Assembly (NCBI RefSeq): GCF_009914755.1
Contig: NC_060926.1
Strand: one strand, 5' to 3'
Length of the DNA stretch: 64,000 nucleotides
From: the human T2T-CHM13v2.0 reference genome, Homo sapiens
The notes beneath the pieces were generated by a model. It was not told where the DNA came from. It did not search any database and saw only the letters and a program-made list of their open reading frames with translations. This document shows, piece after piece, positions 15,180-29,685 of the stretch (position 1 is its first letter; every line of letters starts with the position of its first letter). The translations under genes were made by a program, and so were the position numbers.

Positions 15180-15590
15180 TGTCTGATCAAGATGAAATAC
15201 AGATATGCTGTCGCCCCCAACAGCCCCATTCCATGTAGTTTCACAAAGTCCTGTCACAGCCACAGGCCCCAGGAACAAAAGTCTTCCCTAGGGCATTTCT
15301 GCCAGAGCCTCAGAGAAGACGATGCTCTCCCTTCCCAGGATCACAAGTGGAGCTGGTTTCAAATGAGCTGCTTCTGTGACAGGAGTGAATGGGCCAACAC
15401 TCAAAGAAAAGCAGGATGAGAGAGGGGGTAGGGCAGTGGGATAAAGAGGGAGGGGGAAACAGGAAGGACAGAGAGGAAGGGAGACAGAGATGAAGAACAC
15501 AGTGTTTATTGTTGGACTATGTGTATCCAGCCATGTTGGCTAGCTGAAGTGGGTTTCTGTAATTTGCTTTAGGGGTGTCCTAATATGTTA
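15180..15590 (+). mobile_element. MLT1-type MaLR LTR, degenerate
   Basis: Ends GCTAGCTGAAGTGGGTTTCTGTAATTTGC...TCCTAATA, typical of MLT1 3' ends. Confidence 0.45.
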
Positions 15591-15689
15591 TTTCATTACA
15601 AACTATTTCCATATTTAACTGATGAACTTTCTGAAGATCTATACCCAAAACTAAATCCCAGGCCTTTTTTATTTAATAAAAAGACATAT

Positions 15690-15960
15690 GAAACATTGGA
15701 AAGAGCACACAAAACTCAATGGTTAATGAAGACAGACAGACTTAGATCCAAATATGAGTAGTGGGCTTACCTAAGCGATGCTGGGTACATACCACTCAAC
15801 TTCCCCAAACCTTAGTTACTTCTGTAAAGTGGAAGCGAGCCCAGGTTTGGTTTCCTCTCAGATAGGCTGCTGTCCGGATTAAGCGAGATAACCCATGGCA
15901 GGGTCTCAATACAGTACCTGGCACATGAAAACGCTAATGTATGACCCACCATTATTAGCA
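15690..15960 (+). mobile_element. MIR SINE
   Basis: AGACAGACTTAGATCCAAAT...CTTAGTTACTTCTGTAAAGTGG...ACAGTACCTGGCACATG. Confidence 0.6.
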
Positions 15961-16473
15961 GTCAACTCGTGATTTACCACAGACATATTTACAGCATAGG
16001 AAAGTTTTGTTTTAGAGCAAAGATAGTCTGAGTAAGACGAGTAGGTAAGACCTGGAGAAAGCTGTACTACACTTCACAAAAAAATATTTCTCATTCACTT
16101 GGAAAGCATTATTCTTAAGGTATGTTAGAAACTAAACTTAACAATGATAAACACAACAGCCAGAACCAAAAATGCTAATTCATAAAAATCAATTCTAGTT
16201 CTTCGCGAACCTTGTCCAATATATACTTTGGTCAGAGTAACTTCTTCTTAGCCTTCCGTCTGTAATCACTTTTGGAAACCACTCCTCACTTGCAAACAGT
16301 CAGCTCTAGACAACTGTTTAGATTGCTAAGCTTTCTTTGCTTCTATGACACTGCGTACTGTTGCACCCACCTTGGAGAATTCCCTCCATCCATCTACTTC
16401 CAGTGGATATCACTAACTTAGCTCAGATGTAAGATCTCCCCAAAAGTGACCATGCAATCAACCCACCTCTGAG

Positions 16474-16570
16474 TTTATTCATTCATTCAACAAAGATTTA
16501 GTGAGACACCTACTATATGCCAGGTACTGTACCAGGTGCTAGAGATGCAGAGGAGAATAAAACAGGTACC
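16474..16570 (-). mobile_element. L2 3' end
   Basis: TTTATTCATTCATTCAACAAAGATTTAGTGAG...CTACTATATGCCAGGTACTGT is the reverse complement of the L2 tail. Confidence 0.7.
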
Positions 16571-17079
16571 TCTTTTCTGTGTTCTCATAAGGACCTGTTC
16601 CTTCCTCATCAGAACACAAACCACTCTGATTCCCAATTTCCTAATTACTTTTCCATAACCCCTCAGAGACTCTAAGCAACCTGGGGGCAGGGACCATAGC
16701 GGATCTGATTTTCACTGTATCACACTGTTTTGAATAATAAGTCATGGAAAAAAATTGAAATAGAACAAGGTGTGTGCACAGAATAGCCACAATACAACTA
16801 TCCGCAGTCAGAGAGACTCATGCATAGCAAATTCTGAAGTGTGTAAAGCCACAGACTTTACAGGTCACTGAGACTCCCATCTGTGCAGAATACAGCCTGC
16901 CACTGAGGTCCTGGCTGCATCTAGAGCTTGATCCAAATTATATGATACAGATATGAAATCATATGATACAGATGTAAAATACATATTTTCACAAATACAT
17001 ATTGTATTTTCATTACAAATATATCTAAAGTAAGGAAGAATAAAACTGCACACAGATTAGCTAAAATGGAAATTTCTTA

Positions 17080-18175
17080 GGTGAAATGCACCAATTCCAT
17101 ACTCGAACTACTATAACTCACCCAATATGAAACAGATAATTTAAACAGCCCTGTAACTGTTAACGAAACACTTTGGAATTTAAAATCTAGAAAAAAACAT
17201 CTCTAGGCCCAGATGGTTTTACTGGAGAATTCTATCAAATGTTTAAAAAAGAATTAATACCAGTTTTACACAGTCCCTTCCAGAAAACAGAAGAGGAAGG
17301 AATATTTCTCAATTCAATAAAGGGAGTGTTCCAGACTTAAGGAGACTAAAGAGACATGCGAACTAAATGCAACCTATGATTCCAAACTGGACCCTGTTGC
17401 TAAAAAGGACTTGATGTGATAACTGGTAAAACTTTAAGTCTGAAGATTGGATGATAGAAATTTACTACTTTCCTAATTTTGATGGTCATTTTGAGATTAC
17501 ACAGAAGAATGTCCTTTTTTGTAGGAAATATCACAAAAGTATCCAGAAGTGATGGAGCAGTGAGTCAGCAACTTACTCTCAAATGGTTCAGGAAAACATT
17601 CTCTAAATTGTACTTGGAACTTTTCTGTGAATTTAATATTGTTTTAAAATAAAGAAAAATTATTTCTGAAAAAGATAATATAGGAAGATATCTTTACAAT
17701 CAATCTCAGCATACAGAAGACTTTCCTAAACTAGGTACAAAAATATCACAAATCATGAATAAAATGTTACAATTTCAATCACATGGAAATTAAGAACTAT
17801 GAATAGAATATTATTTAGCTTTTACAAGGAAAGAAATTCTGACTTTTATGAGGTCCCATAACATACCTCACATGTGAAAACATAAATGAACCTTGAAAAC
17901 ATATGCTAAGTGAAATTAAACCAGTCACAAAAAGACAAACACTATAGGTTTCCACTTACACGAAGTATCTAGAACAGTCAACTTCACAGAAACAAAAGGC
18001 CAGGGGTTGGGGTGAGGGGAAAATAGGGAGTTGCTTAATGAATATGCAGCTTCAGTTCTGCAAAATGAAAAAGTTCTGGGGATCTACTGCTCAACACTGT
18101 GAATATACTTATCACTACTGAGCTGTGTGCACTTAAAGATGGTTACGATGGCAAATTTCATGTTTATTACCACAT
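17080..18175 (+). mobile_element. Cluster of old L1M fragments (ORF2 piece, L1MC/MD and L1MA/MB 3' ends)
   Basis: GGCCCAGATGGTTTTACTGGAGAATTCTATCAAA; GACTTAAGGAGACTAAAGAGACATG; ATGAAAAAGTTCTGGGGATC...CACTTAAAGATGGTTA. Confidence 0.7.
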
Positions 18176-19189
18176 ACATACATACGTTTGTGGTTAACAC
18201 TACGAAGAAAGCAAGGAAATGATTAACACAATATTCCAGAAGTCATTCCTCTCTGGGATGGGGTCTAGAAAGGGCATGCAGGGAGCTTAAAAGGGTGTTC
18301 CTTAAGTGGGAGCGCAAGTGGCTTTCATCATCCTCTAAAAGCATACATTCTCTTGCAAATCTAATTTCCCAAATCAACTCCCCAGAAAAGGGAGGATGTA
18401 CTAGTACAGAAAGCTCTAAAAATAAATAAAGAACTAGGGGGGAGGGAAGGGAAGAGAAAAAACCATAAATTCTTCCAATATTATTAACTTAAAATTCTCT
18501 TTTCTGAATAATAATCAATTTCCACAACAACTTAAAGTTATAAGTGGTATTGGCCAAATTTTATTTAATTTTACATAACTACCTTTTAAATAGGGAGCCA
18601 AATAATATCAATCCTTCAGCCTCCCTATCTTCATTACCAAAACAGGAGGAGTCAGACAGGAAAGCCAGTCGCCCCCAATGGTCTGAACAAGGGGAAGCAG
18701 AAAGAGGGGCTGAGGGCCAGTGTTCTCCTGGAGAAAGAGAAAGAAAAGCTGGCGGCTACACAGAATGCAGCTTGTTCAGAGGCCTCCCACTCCTGACTAG
18801 TTTCCCTCTAAGAAAAAAATGTAAGGCTCAAAATATATGCATATAGTTCCTCAGGGGAAAAAAAAAACTAAAATGTCTAGTTCCTTTTCTCAACGGCTTT
18901 AAGATATGCAAATCAAATTCTTCATCTTCCACTGCTCAACTGGCTATATTAGCTGAGAGTTAGGTCAGACACAGACAGGTCACACTGATGCTGATTGAAA
19001 AATGATCTACCTTTTACCGTTTTTTCACAATGCTTTCAGGGGAAAAGAAAGTTTGATTTAAATTTTTTTCATCATTCGAATCAAATTACCACAGGTTCTT
19101 TATTCTATCAAACTAACTTCTTATTCTGAAAATACATGGAATTCTTTAAAGATAAAATGTGTGACCCCCAAATAGAATATTGAGACCTA

Positions 19190-19665
19190 ATCTATACCGG
19201 AACTCCAGACTCACATCTTCAATGGTCTACATGTTTATACCTCAAAGTCTAACAAACATCTGAAACTTAACACAGCCCAAAGGAAAACCTTTCATATCCA
19301 CCCTTCCCATGCTCCAAAAGCCACTTCTTTTCCAGTCCTCCCCGCCCTGTCCCCTAGCTTCCCATAATTATCTGCCCTAGCTGCTTAGGCCAAAAACTTA
19401 GGAAGCGTCATCCTTCAGTCTTCTCTTTTTCTCATAACCACATTCAATCCACCAGTAAGTCATATCAGTTCTACCTTCAAGTATATGCCAAATGAGGCCA
19501 CTCTGCACCACACCCGCCATGACCACCATCACCGAGCCTAGACTACTGTGACCACAAGCCAACTCCCCTCCCTGATTCAACTCTTGCCCTCCACACAGTA
19601 ATGAGAGCTTCTTCAGAGGTAAACCAGAGTAGCTAATTCCTCTATTCAAAGCATCCACAGCTTAC
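19190..19665. mobile_element. L2 fragment
   Basis: GAACTCCAGACTCACAT...ACATCTGAAACTTAACA...GCTGCTTAGGCCAAAAAC...CATTCAATCCACCAG. Confidence 0.65.
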
Positions 19666-20066
19666 CCCTATGCATAGGCTGCTCAGAATGGCTTCTTCCA
19701 AAGAATGCAATATGGAAAGTGGGAGTAAAAAGAGAAACTTTACAGTGGAGAAATCTGACAGACACTGCCTCAGCCAGGTGATCAAATTAACATCAAGAGT
19801 GATCAGTCACACTCAAAGTACATACCCTTGGAATGATGTGATGAAAACAACACTTCATCTTTGTGGTCTTCCTCTCAAACACCCATAAGCACAGACTCAT
19901 GAGAAAAACATTCAATAAATCCCACTGGAGAGATTCTACAAAATCCATGACCAGTTATCCTCAAAGCAGACAAGGTCACCAAAAAAAAAAAAAAAAAAAA
20001 GTAAAGTCTAAGAAACTGCCTCAGTCTGGAGGAAGCTAAGGAGACACAATGACTAAATGTAATATG

Positions 20067-20350
20067 GGCCAGGCATGGTGGCTCATATCTATAATCCCAG
20101 CACTTTGGGAGGCTGAGGCAGGCTGATCACTTGCGAGACCAGCCTGGGCAACATAGTGAAATCCCCTCTCTCCAAAAAATACAAAATTAGCCGTGCCTGG
20201 TGGCGCATGCCTGTAGTCCCAGCTACTCAGGAGACTGAGGTGGGAGGATCACTTAAGCCCAAGAGGTCAAGTCTGCAGTGAGCCGTGATCACATGACTGC
20301 ACTCTAGGCTGGGGGAGACAGGGCGAGATTCTGTCTTTAAAAAAAAAAAA
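20067..20350 (+). mobile_element. AluJ
   Basis: GGCCAGGCATGGTGGCTCA...GGAGGATCACTTAAGCCC...A-tail, flanked by GTAATATG / GTAATACG. Confidence 0.9.
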
Positions 20351-20392
20351 GTAATACGGTAGCCTGCATAAGATCCAGGAACACAAAAGGAC

Positions 20393-20785
20393 TCTATAGA
20401 CTGAATGTCTGTTTCCCCCCAAAATTCATATGTTGAAGCCCTTACCCCAATGTGATGGCATTTGGAGATGGGGCCTTTGGAAGGTAATTTGGATTCCATG
20501 AGGTTGTGAAGGTAGGTAGGGCCCTGGCCTGACTGGATTAGTGCCCTTATAAAAAGAGACACAGAGGGCTTGCTCTCTCTTTCGCCAAGAACGCATCTAG
20601 AAAAGACCACGCGAGCACACCCCCAAGTGGTGGCTGTCTGCAAGGCAGGAAGAGAGCCCTCACCAGAACCCAACCATGCTGGCACCTGGATCTCAGACTT
20701 ACAGCCTCTGGATCTGCGAGAAAATAAATTTCTGTTGTTTAATCCACACAGTCTATGGTTTTTGTTATGACAGCTAACTAATACA
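20393..20785 (+). mobile_element. MLT1A-type MaLR solo LTR
   Basis: CTATAGACTGAATGT...CCCCAAAATTCATATGTTGAAGCCC...AAATAAATTTCTGTTGTTTAA...ACTAATACA. Confidence 0.85.
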
Positions 20786-23700
20786 GACCTTAACCTTAAG
20801 TAAAAACTAAAGAAATCTATCAAATAAAGTATAGAGTTTAGTCAATAATAATTATCAATACTGCTTCACCAGCTGTGACAAATGACCATACTAATGAAAC
20901 ATGTAAACAAGAGGAAAAACCGGATGTGGGGTATGTGGAAACTAGCTGTACTATCTTCACAACTTTCCACAAATTTAAAACTATTCTAAAATTAAAAGTA
21001 TATTTTCAAAAATCTCATGGCTTCCCATCATATTTATATTATGACCAAAGTCCTCCCAGTCTTTTCTACTCAGCATCTAACACTTACACCTTGCTCACTC
21101 TGGCCTACTATGTTCACCTTTACAAGGGTTACACAGGTTATGAGTTACACAAGTGTACACATTTGTCAAAATTGGTCAAACTGCACAATTAAGATCTATG
21201 CATTTCACCATATTTAAGTTACATTCGATTAAAATTTTTTAAAAATATATGATTGCCAAATGAAAACTCTGATGACCTAAAAAGTACCCTTGAATTTGGC
21301 AGCTGAAAACACTCACATTTCTTTTGCTCTGGAATCTGGAATTTGGGCAAGGTTCAGCATGGACACCTCATTGTTTCTCTATTTGGCATCAGAGACTGGA
21401 ATTATCTAAAGGCTTGCTCACTCACATGTCAGACAGTGGATGCTGGCTGTCATCTGGACTTTAGCTGGACCTGTAGGTTCAAACACCTACACAAGGCATC
21501 TTTATATGCCCTGGGATTCCTCACAACGTGGTGGCTGCGTTACAAAAATTTTATGTTCAGTATGAGCCCAATTTTGTTTGAACATACACACACACTCTAA
21601 TAAAAATATATTAACAAAAGTTGTCTCTGGACTGAAGGGTAATGGGTGATTTTTAAATTTTCTATTTATACTTTTTTATTTTATAAGTTTCATATGATAA
21701 AGATGTATTACTTTCTCAATCAGATGAGAAATATACAAACTAAATTCAGTTCCCTACTAGAGTATATAACACATTACTGAAAACACAAATGAAATTAGAA
21801 ATGCAAAAATGTTAAACATATTTGCATGTCATAAAAGAAGAATTAGCTCTCAAACAGCAAAAACATTATGAAGTACCTCATTTCACCTCCCTTTTTAAGG
21901 TACAGATGAACTGAACTTTGGCTTTGTCCTTGGTTAAGCCCAAATCCCCACTATTTTGCTTTGGTTTGGGTCTTGGCCTAATATCTACTTGCTGGTCATT
22001 TGTAGCATCCTTAAATTGGTGGAGGTCAGTGACCATCTGATAGCCTAAACTACCACCATTTCTGATAAGCAAAGTAACATCAAAAATACAAACAATGCAT
22101 GTCATTCATATTTATTGTTACTATATGAACATCAACTTTCAAATATGTATAAACACTCTACAGTTACCTTGGGGTGTAAAGAATAAATGACTTTATATGA
22201 TTTATATATTACTATTGTATCAGTTTAAATATGTTTTATTACAAAAATACAATACTATAACTGAGACTAGGGAAACAAATGAGTTAATGTGAGTATTGAG
22301 AAAGGATTCATTATATGACAACTTTTGAAAGAACATTATATCCTTTGAGCCAAATTTTTTAAGAAGTCATTAAGAGATTCGATTATTTCATAATATATTA
22401 TTTGTAAGCTTGTTTAGTATGCCAACATTAAACAAAATAACCCTTAGGAGCTGTATTTGATTTTGAGTTATTTAGTTCCATTCAAATAATGAAAAACAGC
22501 CTTTTTCATGAAAAAGCTCTATTTGTGAATTCTACACATCCTGTGAGAATGAATTAAAAGGAGAACAATTAGCTCTGACATCTCAATATTGCAAGGAGAA
22601 AAAAAATCCTAAACTCATGCATAATAATATCCATAATGAATCATACACAATAAAATAAAGTATATGAAGAAAAAAGGGAAGTGTTAAAGAAAACTGGAGT
22701 ATCTAAAACATGTATTGTTCTCACTAATCAAACCTGAAATTAAGTCTTAGAATGTTTTAATAAGATAGTTCCTATTGTTTTGAATCTATGGAGGGAAACA
22801 AATGTTTGCAGAAATGATTAGATGACACTGTTGATCGTTTTCAGGAGTTGAAGACAAAGAAATCTTTGAGATTTGCCTGGATAACATTCAGCTTTAACTC
22901 AATGTTGATTTTAACACTAGCATTAGACATCTGACCAAAAATATGCTTTGATGAGCCCCTATTTCAGGTAATCTTAGGTAACACATTTCCAGCACACCAC
23001 CTGTGTCCTTCAGTGATGCTCCTTTGTCACACCTGACACCCATCAGCCCGTTAACGTCAAATGAGTCTACTGCGTCTGAAGAAATGGTATTGTGGGCATG
23101 CCTCATGGGTTCTATCATTGGCTCAACAGGATAATTTATGAGAACATGCTTATTACTAAATTAGCCATTTTACTTTCACTACATTTTAGTAAACAATAGA
23201 GGCAAAAAAAATCTTCAAATAAGTACACCAATACTGCAAAACTCTAGAGAGGACAACACTTAGAAAGTGAACTTTCAAGATACGGAGCTGTATCATCCCA
23301 GGAGAGCTAGAAATGTTCAATCATGAGCCCATGGATTTCACAGAAGACTGAGGGCTACTGATGCCTAATGTACAAATATGCAGCTGTTCATAAGCCAGCC
23401 ATGTGAAAAAAGAATAGGAAGTGTCCAATTCTCTGAAAGGTAACCACGAAGAAGTGGACTTATTCAGACCACTTCTGGGTTACTCCAGAAAGTTTGCAAG
23501 CATGTAAATGACAAACTCTCTAGCAACTACAACTATCTAGAAATGAAACTGGCTGCCCTAACAAAGGGAACAAGCGCTGCACCAGAAGAAGTGTTCAAAT
23601 ACAATCCAGATAACCAACACCTGATAAAACTTTATTTCACACAAGCAGTTTGCACAAAAGGTGCAATGGCAGCCATGGCTGCCATTTATAGAGTACTCAT

Positions 23701-26069
23701 TACACACTACACTCTTGTGCACACAGATAAACTCACACAGCTTGTAAGGGATGCTACGTTGCAGAACCACAACTGGAACACAGGTTGACTCCTCAATCCA
23801 CGATCTTAGTCACTATAATCTAAATGTATGAAACACGTTTGTTTTTTCATTTGCTATATCATCAAACCCTGCCAACTCGACCCTCTGCTCTCTGAAATTT
23901 GAGGCCTAGGAAAAAGCCTGGCAATCAATAAATACTGAATGAGCTAGGCTGTCCCTTCTTTACACTGCAGTTTCCTTAACTAGAAGTTGCACCTTTGCTC
24001 CAGGATTCTGAGAAAATTTATACTTTCTCCTTCATTTCACAAGGGCTAAACTCCAATATCACACATTTATCAAATCTGGAGATAGAGACAAAATAGGAAA
24101 AGTAGTTTAATATTTTTATATTATTTTCTAGTGGTTCCTGCTTTCAATAAAATACAAAAAGGAAAGCAATCCAAGTCCAGCCTCTGGCACTATAGTCTTT
24201 GCTGACATGGTACTAACATCCTTTTATCTTTAATATACTATTTTACTATTAATTTCTAAGAATTTTTTAATCTACTGAAGCATTTCCTACCCAATGAAAT
24301 ATTCATTTAAAAATTATTTAATAGATCACTTTATAATCCTATAAAGTAAAACTCTGAGTATATGCCAAAAACCTTCTTGGAATATTTCTCCATTAATTTA
24401 TATTTCTTACACCTTAAAAAGAAACTTGAATCCTTAGAAATGAATTCCTTCAATTCACATAAAAATTGCAACAATACTTAGAATTAATTTTGATTAACAT
24501 ATCAGAATTTCCATCCAGGTCTAATAGACAGCTGAGGCTCAATGTTTGATGCCAAGTTTACCAAAATTTTCCTTTACTATGTGGCTTTAAAAGTATTTTC
24601 CAAGAACAAAAGGTGAAGACATAACTAGTCTCATCGTACAAGAAATACACAAGGGCTATAATTACAGCACCCAAAATTATAAGCTTATACTAAGGACCCC
24701 TTAACTATCTCCAAAGATACTAAGTACTAGTTCAACAAACCTCTCCCCTGTCCTCTACCTTCATCTTCTTGGCTCTACTTGCAAACCAAAAATCTCTGTC
24801 ACTGCTATTCTTGGGATATAGGTAATAAGAACAGCTGTGTCAGTCCTAGTATTAGAAAAGGCATGCTGACACTCACAGTGAAGCACACTACAGATTAAAC
24901 CTAAACTCCAAAGCTGATAACTCCAGAGTTATCACAAAATAAAACATTTTGGCCAAAAATCAATATACACTTTCTAGAAAAACGAAAAACTGACAGGGAC
25001 TTATCAAGACCTTTCCAAGTATTACTTTATTCCCCTCCAGCTAGACATTTATTTTAATGTCACATACCATAAAATAGCCTTGACAATGTAAACCAATTAA
25101 TAATAGTAATACTGGATCTGCAAAAAGAATAAAATGATAGTAGTGTGAAATTCCAACCTTCCACTGTAATGGGGTATTAACTTTCAAGATTATTTCCAAG
25201 ATGTGATCTTCTCCAAATGAAAAGAACTAGTCAGATAAAATTTGAAACTCTTTCAGCCAATTTAAGGATGAAATTACTAAACGGTGAAATATAAGAACTG
25301 TATCTTCAACTACTGCTTGACATGGTTTCCAAGCATTATGTAGTCCTCAGTGCCCTGCTCTGGTTATAATCTCATTTGTCAATGTTCCTTTTAAGTCTCA
25401 GAACACAAGTGTACTTCAGATTGGACTGAACACCACAAACTTAACAGAAACTGTTACCTAATTCCTGGTGGCCAATAAACTAAATCTAGTCTAGATGTGT
25501 TATCAGGGCTCAAAAAGAGAAAACTTAAAATTTTACCCCAAATTTTAAAAATCCTGTTTTCACAAAAAATCCAAATTTCCATCTTCCCTTGACAAATCAG
25601 CTTTGGCAGCACCAAGCGAACATTCCTTTATGGTCATCATTAGCAAAAGTGAGTAGGGGCTTTCCCTTTAGCCTGGGAATGGGCTTTCAGACGGTCATGC
25701 TGTCCACACCTCAGAAAACCCACGCATCTGCCTTTCCATTCATGTTCCTTCCCTGGTACCCTCCAGACATCTGAACTTGGAATTTATGTTGGGACTAGCT
25801 ATTTCGCCTAACCTCACAATCTGGTCAGCTAAGCAACACCATACAATAAACACAAACTCCCAGGCTTGTTGATAAAATGTACTTCCGGTCTCAAGTCATT
25901 TTCTGTCTATACAATTAATTTCTAGACCTTTATTGCAGGTCTTTACATCTATCTTGAAATTTAATATTGTTAAATTAGATGCATCCAATTTTACTATTTA
26001 TTGAGCACCCAGTAGATAAATGGTTTTGTAACTACTTGTTCTGTAACAGCCAGCACCTCTCTCCATTCA

Positions 26070-26216
<147 letters not shown>

Positions 26217-27689
26217 TGAGTTTTAACAAGTAAAGTATCACTTAGATGTTTTTCATGTATATATTGTAGTTTTAGCTATAATCTAGTTTCAAAAAGAAAA
26301 TTAAAAGAACCAGAATGTTTTGTTTGTACAAGCAGGGAGCTATCTATTTTATTTTAACATATACCATACATGTATTGAACTACTTAAATATATCTAAAAT
26401 TATATGTTATGTATCACCCTGACCTTCCACTAACACCTAAGTCTGGCGGAGAAAATCTCCAAAACCTGAAAAAGTTTCTATGAGATGATGGATTAAAATG
26501 GGAAGCTATGTCTTTGTCCAACGCCTAGACAGAAGCAAGGCATGCTGGTCAGAGCTTGGGACTTCCCAGAAGAATGTGGTCCACGGGGTTGGCAGCTGGC
26601 TGGTCGCCTGGCTCAGCAGAGCTTTCCCCACTCCACAGGGACACGGGTTTACCTGTTCCTTTGAGCTGCTCTGGGAGGATCTGTCAATGATTCATCTGCT
26701 GCTGCCAAAAAGCCAGGCTTCCCTGGACTGGATGGATGGCTGGAGGACATGGAGGGTGGGTGAGATATCCCAAAGGAGTCTTTCTAGAGGGCCCTACTAA
26801 AGGGACACTAAAAGTGGCAGTCCTTTGTTCTCTATCAATAAAGACAATTGTGCAACTGCAGGCTTCTTTTATCTGAATCTCTTGATTAAAATGCTCATAA
26901 AGCTTCTTTTTCCAACCACACCTGACACTGTAATCATCCAGCTGAAAATAGTGGTACCTCTCAGAATTATCTTCAATTCTTTTTGAATAATCCAGCCAAA
27001 ATCCCCCAAAATTCTTCAATGCTTTGCATGTCCTCAGCCTCCTTTTAAGTAACCCATTTTAAAAAGGTTTCTATCACTCACTTCTTACCTAAGAGAGACC
27101 TGCTGCGCGGTCCTTCAGTGAGCCTAACCACTAAAGGCATCGGAATGCTCAAGACTCCACAGCAGTAAGAGGCACAGACCAGCTGCAAGAGAAAGCAGCT
27201 GCAGAGTGACCAGAAGCTGATTAGGGGAGCTCAGTCTGTGGAGAAGCTTGTTGGCCAGTGAAGTGAGTGTCCACAGATTTCCTAGCCCCTAACCTGCCTT
27301 CTACCTAGCCCAGGAGGCGTGAGTGCCAATGAAAGACAGGAAAAGTGCACAGTTCCCAGGAAAAGTCCCCTGGGAACACCCAGCATGACCCCACTAGACC
27401 CACTAGACCGCATCCCTCAGAACCTGGCCTTCCTAACTTCCTCAGCAGGACCTGGCCCTCTCTACCAGGAAGTGCTCCAAGGAGCTGCGGTGTTTTATGT
27501 CTGAAAATCACTGCATTCAACTGCAGTACCTCCGCTGTACCCTGTGTCTTGTTCACCACCTGGCATACATGAGACACTTCACTCCTTGCAAAATGGATGA
27601 CAGAGAACACTCTCCTAGGCTCTGAAGAAAGTAAAGCCTTAAACAGCATGGTGCCCTCTCCAGCCCCTGGAAAAGCACTTAAAGTCAGT

Positions 27690-27910
27690 AACACCCAAAA
27701 CGCCAGGTTCTGACTCCGTGTGCATTGTCTCCTCAGTGCTAACCACAACTCCGTAGGGAGACACCCACTACGTGAACTACTTTATAGATGAGGAAACTGA
27801 AGCAAATAAAAGATCAGCACCTTGCCAAGAGCACACAGCTAACAAGGGACAGTCAGAAGCTGAGCCAGTCTATGCTTTCATCACACCAGCCCTGCGGACT
27901 CTAAACATGC
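27690..27910 (-). mobile_element. MIR
   Basis: TTTATAGATGAGGAAACTGAAGC...CTTGCCAAGAGCACACAGCTAA. Confidence 0.65.
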
Positions 27911-29340
27911 TCCGTGCCAAGAATGGTCCTAGGCAGACGGGACACAAAGATGAGTAAGTGGAGGTCCTTATTCTTAAGGAATTTAGTTTGGGAGGGAGAC
28001 TTGTAAAGCAAACAAAAAAAAAATCAATGCTCCAGGTGTTATCAGAGTAGAATACAGTGAAAGCGGGGCATGATGGGACTGTTCGGAGGGCCCTAACCAA
28101 CAGGGCAGCCCAGGCATTCTCTCGCAGCACTGCTTCCTGGAGTTGGAGGGGTACTCACATATGACAAGAAGGCAGTGGAGAGGGGCGAGGACCCCGCATG
28201 GGATCTTGCCATTAACTCCTTCCTAAGAAAGAACTGGATGACACTGGGCTTCTGCTGTACAGAAACAGGACAGGCTGGTTAGTCCAGAGCAAAGGAGAGA
28301 GGCAGATCAGGAATACCAGGGGCCTCTCTTCTCTCGGTCCTTCTCCAGAACACTGGCCTCATGACATAAATGCTGCATGGGATGCGAGACAGCTGTGTGA
28401 AGAGGTCCCAAGTCATGGGTCCACCTGGAATGCCTGCAGCCTGAGGCAGAAGAATTACAAATACTTAGGGCATGTAGGTGTAGCATGCACGAACATATCA
28501 TGCATGCAAGATACCCAAAAAGGGAGGAAAGGATGGGGCAAATCTTAAAACGCTTCATCAAGGAGGCATAGGCTTTAGCTGACTATTGAAAAATACGGAT
28601 CTGCCAAGCCAAAAAGTGTAGCAGGGATTTCAAGAGGAAACAGCTTAATCAAAGGCAAGGAGTTAAAAGAGAGAAAATGTATTGAGGAGCATTTTAAGTA
28701 ATTGAGTATGCAAGTACTTTAAGCAGCAGAAAGCCAGGATTTAAATTCCAGCTCGCCACATACGTTGCTCTAAGCAATTTACTCGGCATGTGTGGAAAGA
28801 GTGTGAGAGTTTGTCAGGGGTCGGGGGTTGAATAAGCCATCCTTCTGAGGGTCCAAGCCTACCCCATCAGACAGAGACTTTCAAAGGTAAGCTCACAGTA
28901 AGAACAGAACTGCCACATAATCCGGCAATCTCACTACTGGTTGCAGTGAGCCGAGATTGAGCCACTGCACTCCAGCCTATCTCAATCAATCAATCAATAC
29001 AATTTTTAAAGGAGAGAAAAAAAAATCACATGGAGCAGGCTCTCTCACAGAGTAGGCCAAAAGGGACACTTGGCTCAGGCCTCCCATTCCGGAAGGACCC
29101 CAAATGTAGACGTTCAACATTTTCTACATATGAGATTATACATACAGTCACCAGAGATGCAGTGACAGGACTGAAGGGAGATGTGTACACCATCCAACTT
29201 TAATATTGTCTTGTTTCAGGGCCAAATTGCCTAGAGTAGAGTACACAGTGAATTTTATTTTTCCCTTGTGACTATATTGTCAATAGCACAATTACACTGC
29301 CTTACGTTTTGGCGAGTACATGTTAATGTGTTAAATATAA

Positions 29341-29685
<345 letters not shown>

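Larger units (their letters stand above)
19670..21010 (+). mobile_element. L1MC/MD 3'UTR interrupted by an Alu and an MLT1A LTR
   Basis: AACTTTACAGTGGAGAAATCTGACAGACACTGCCTCAGCCAGGTGATCAA...GACTAAATGTAAT..., resuming after the insertions and ending AAACTATTCTAAAATTAAAAG. Confidence 0.75.
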
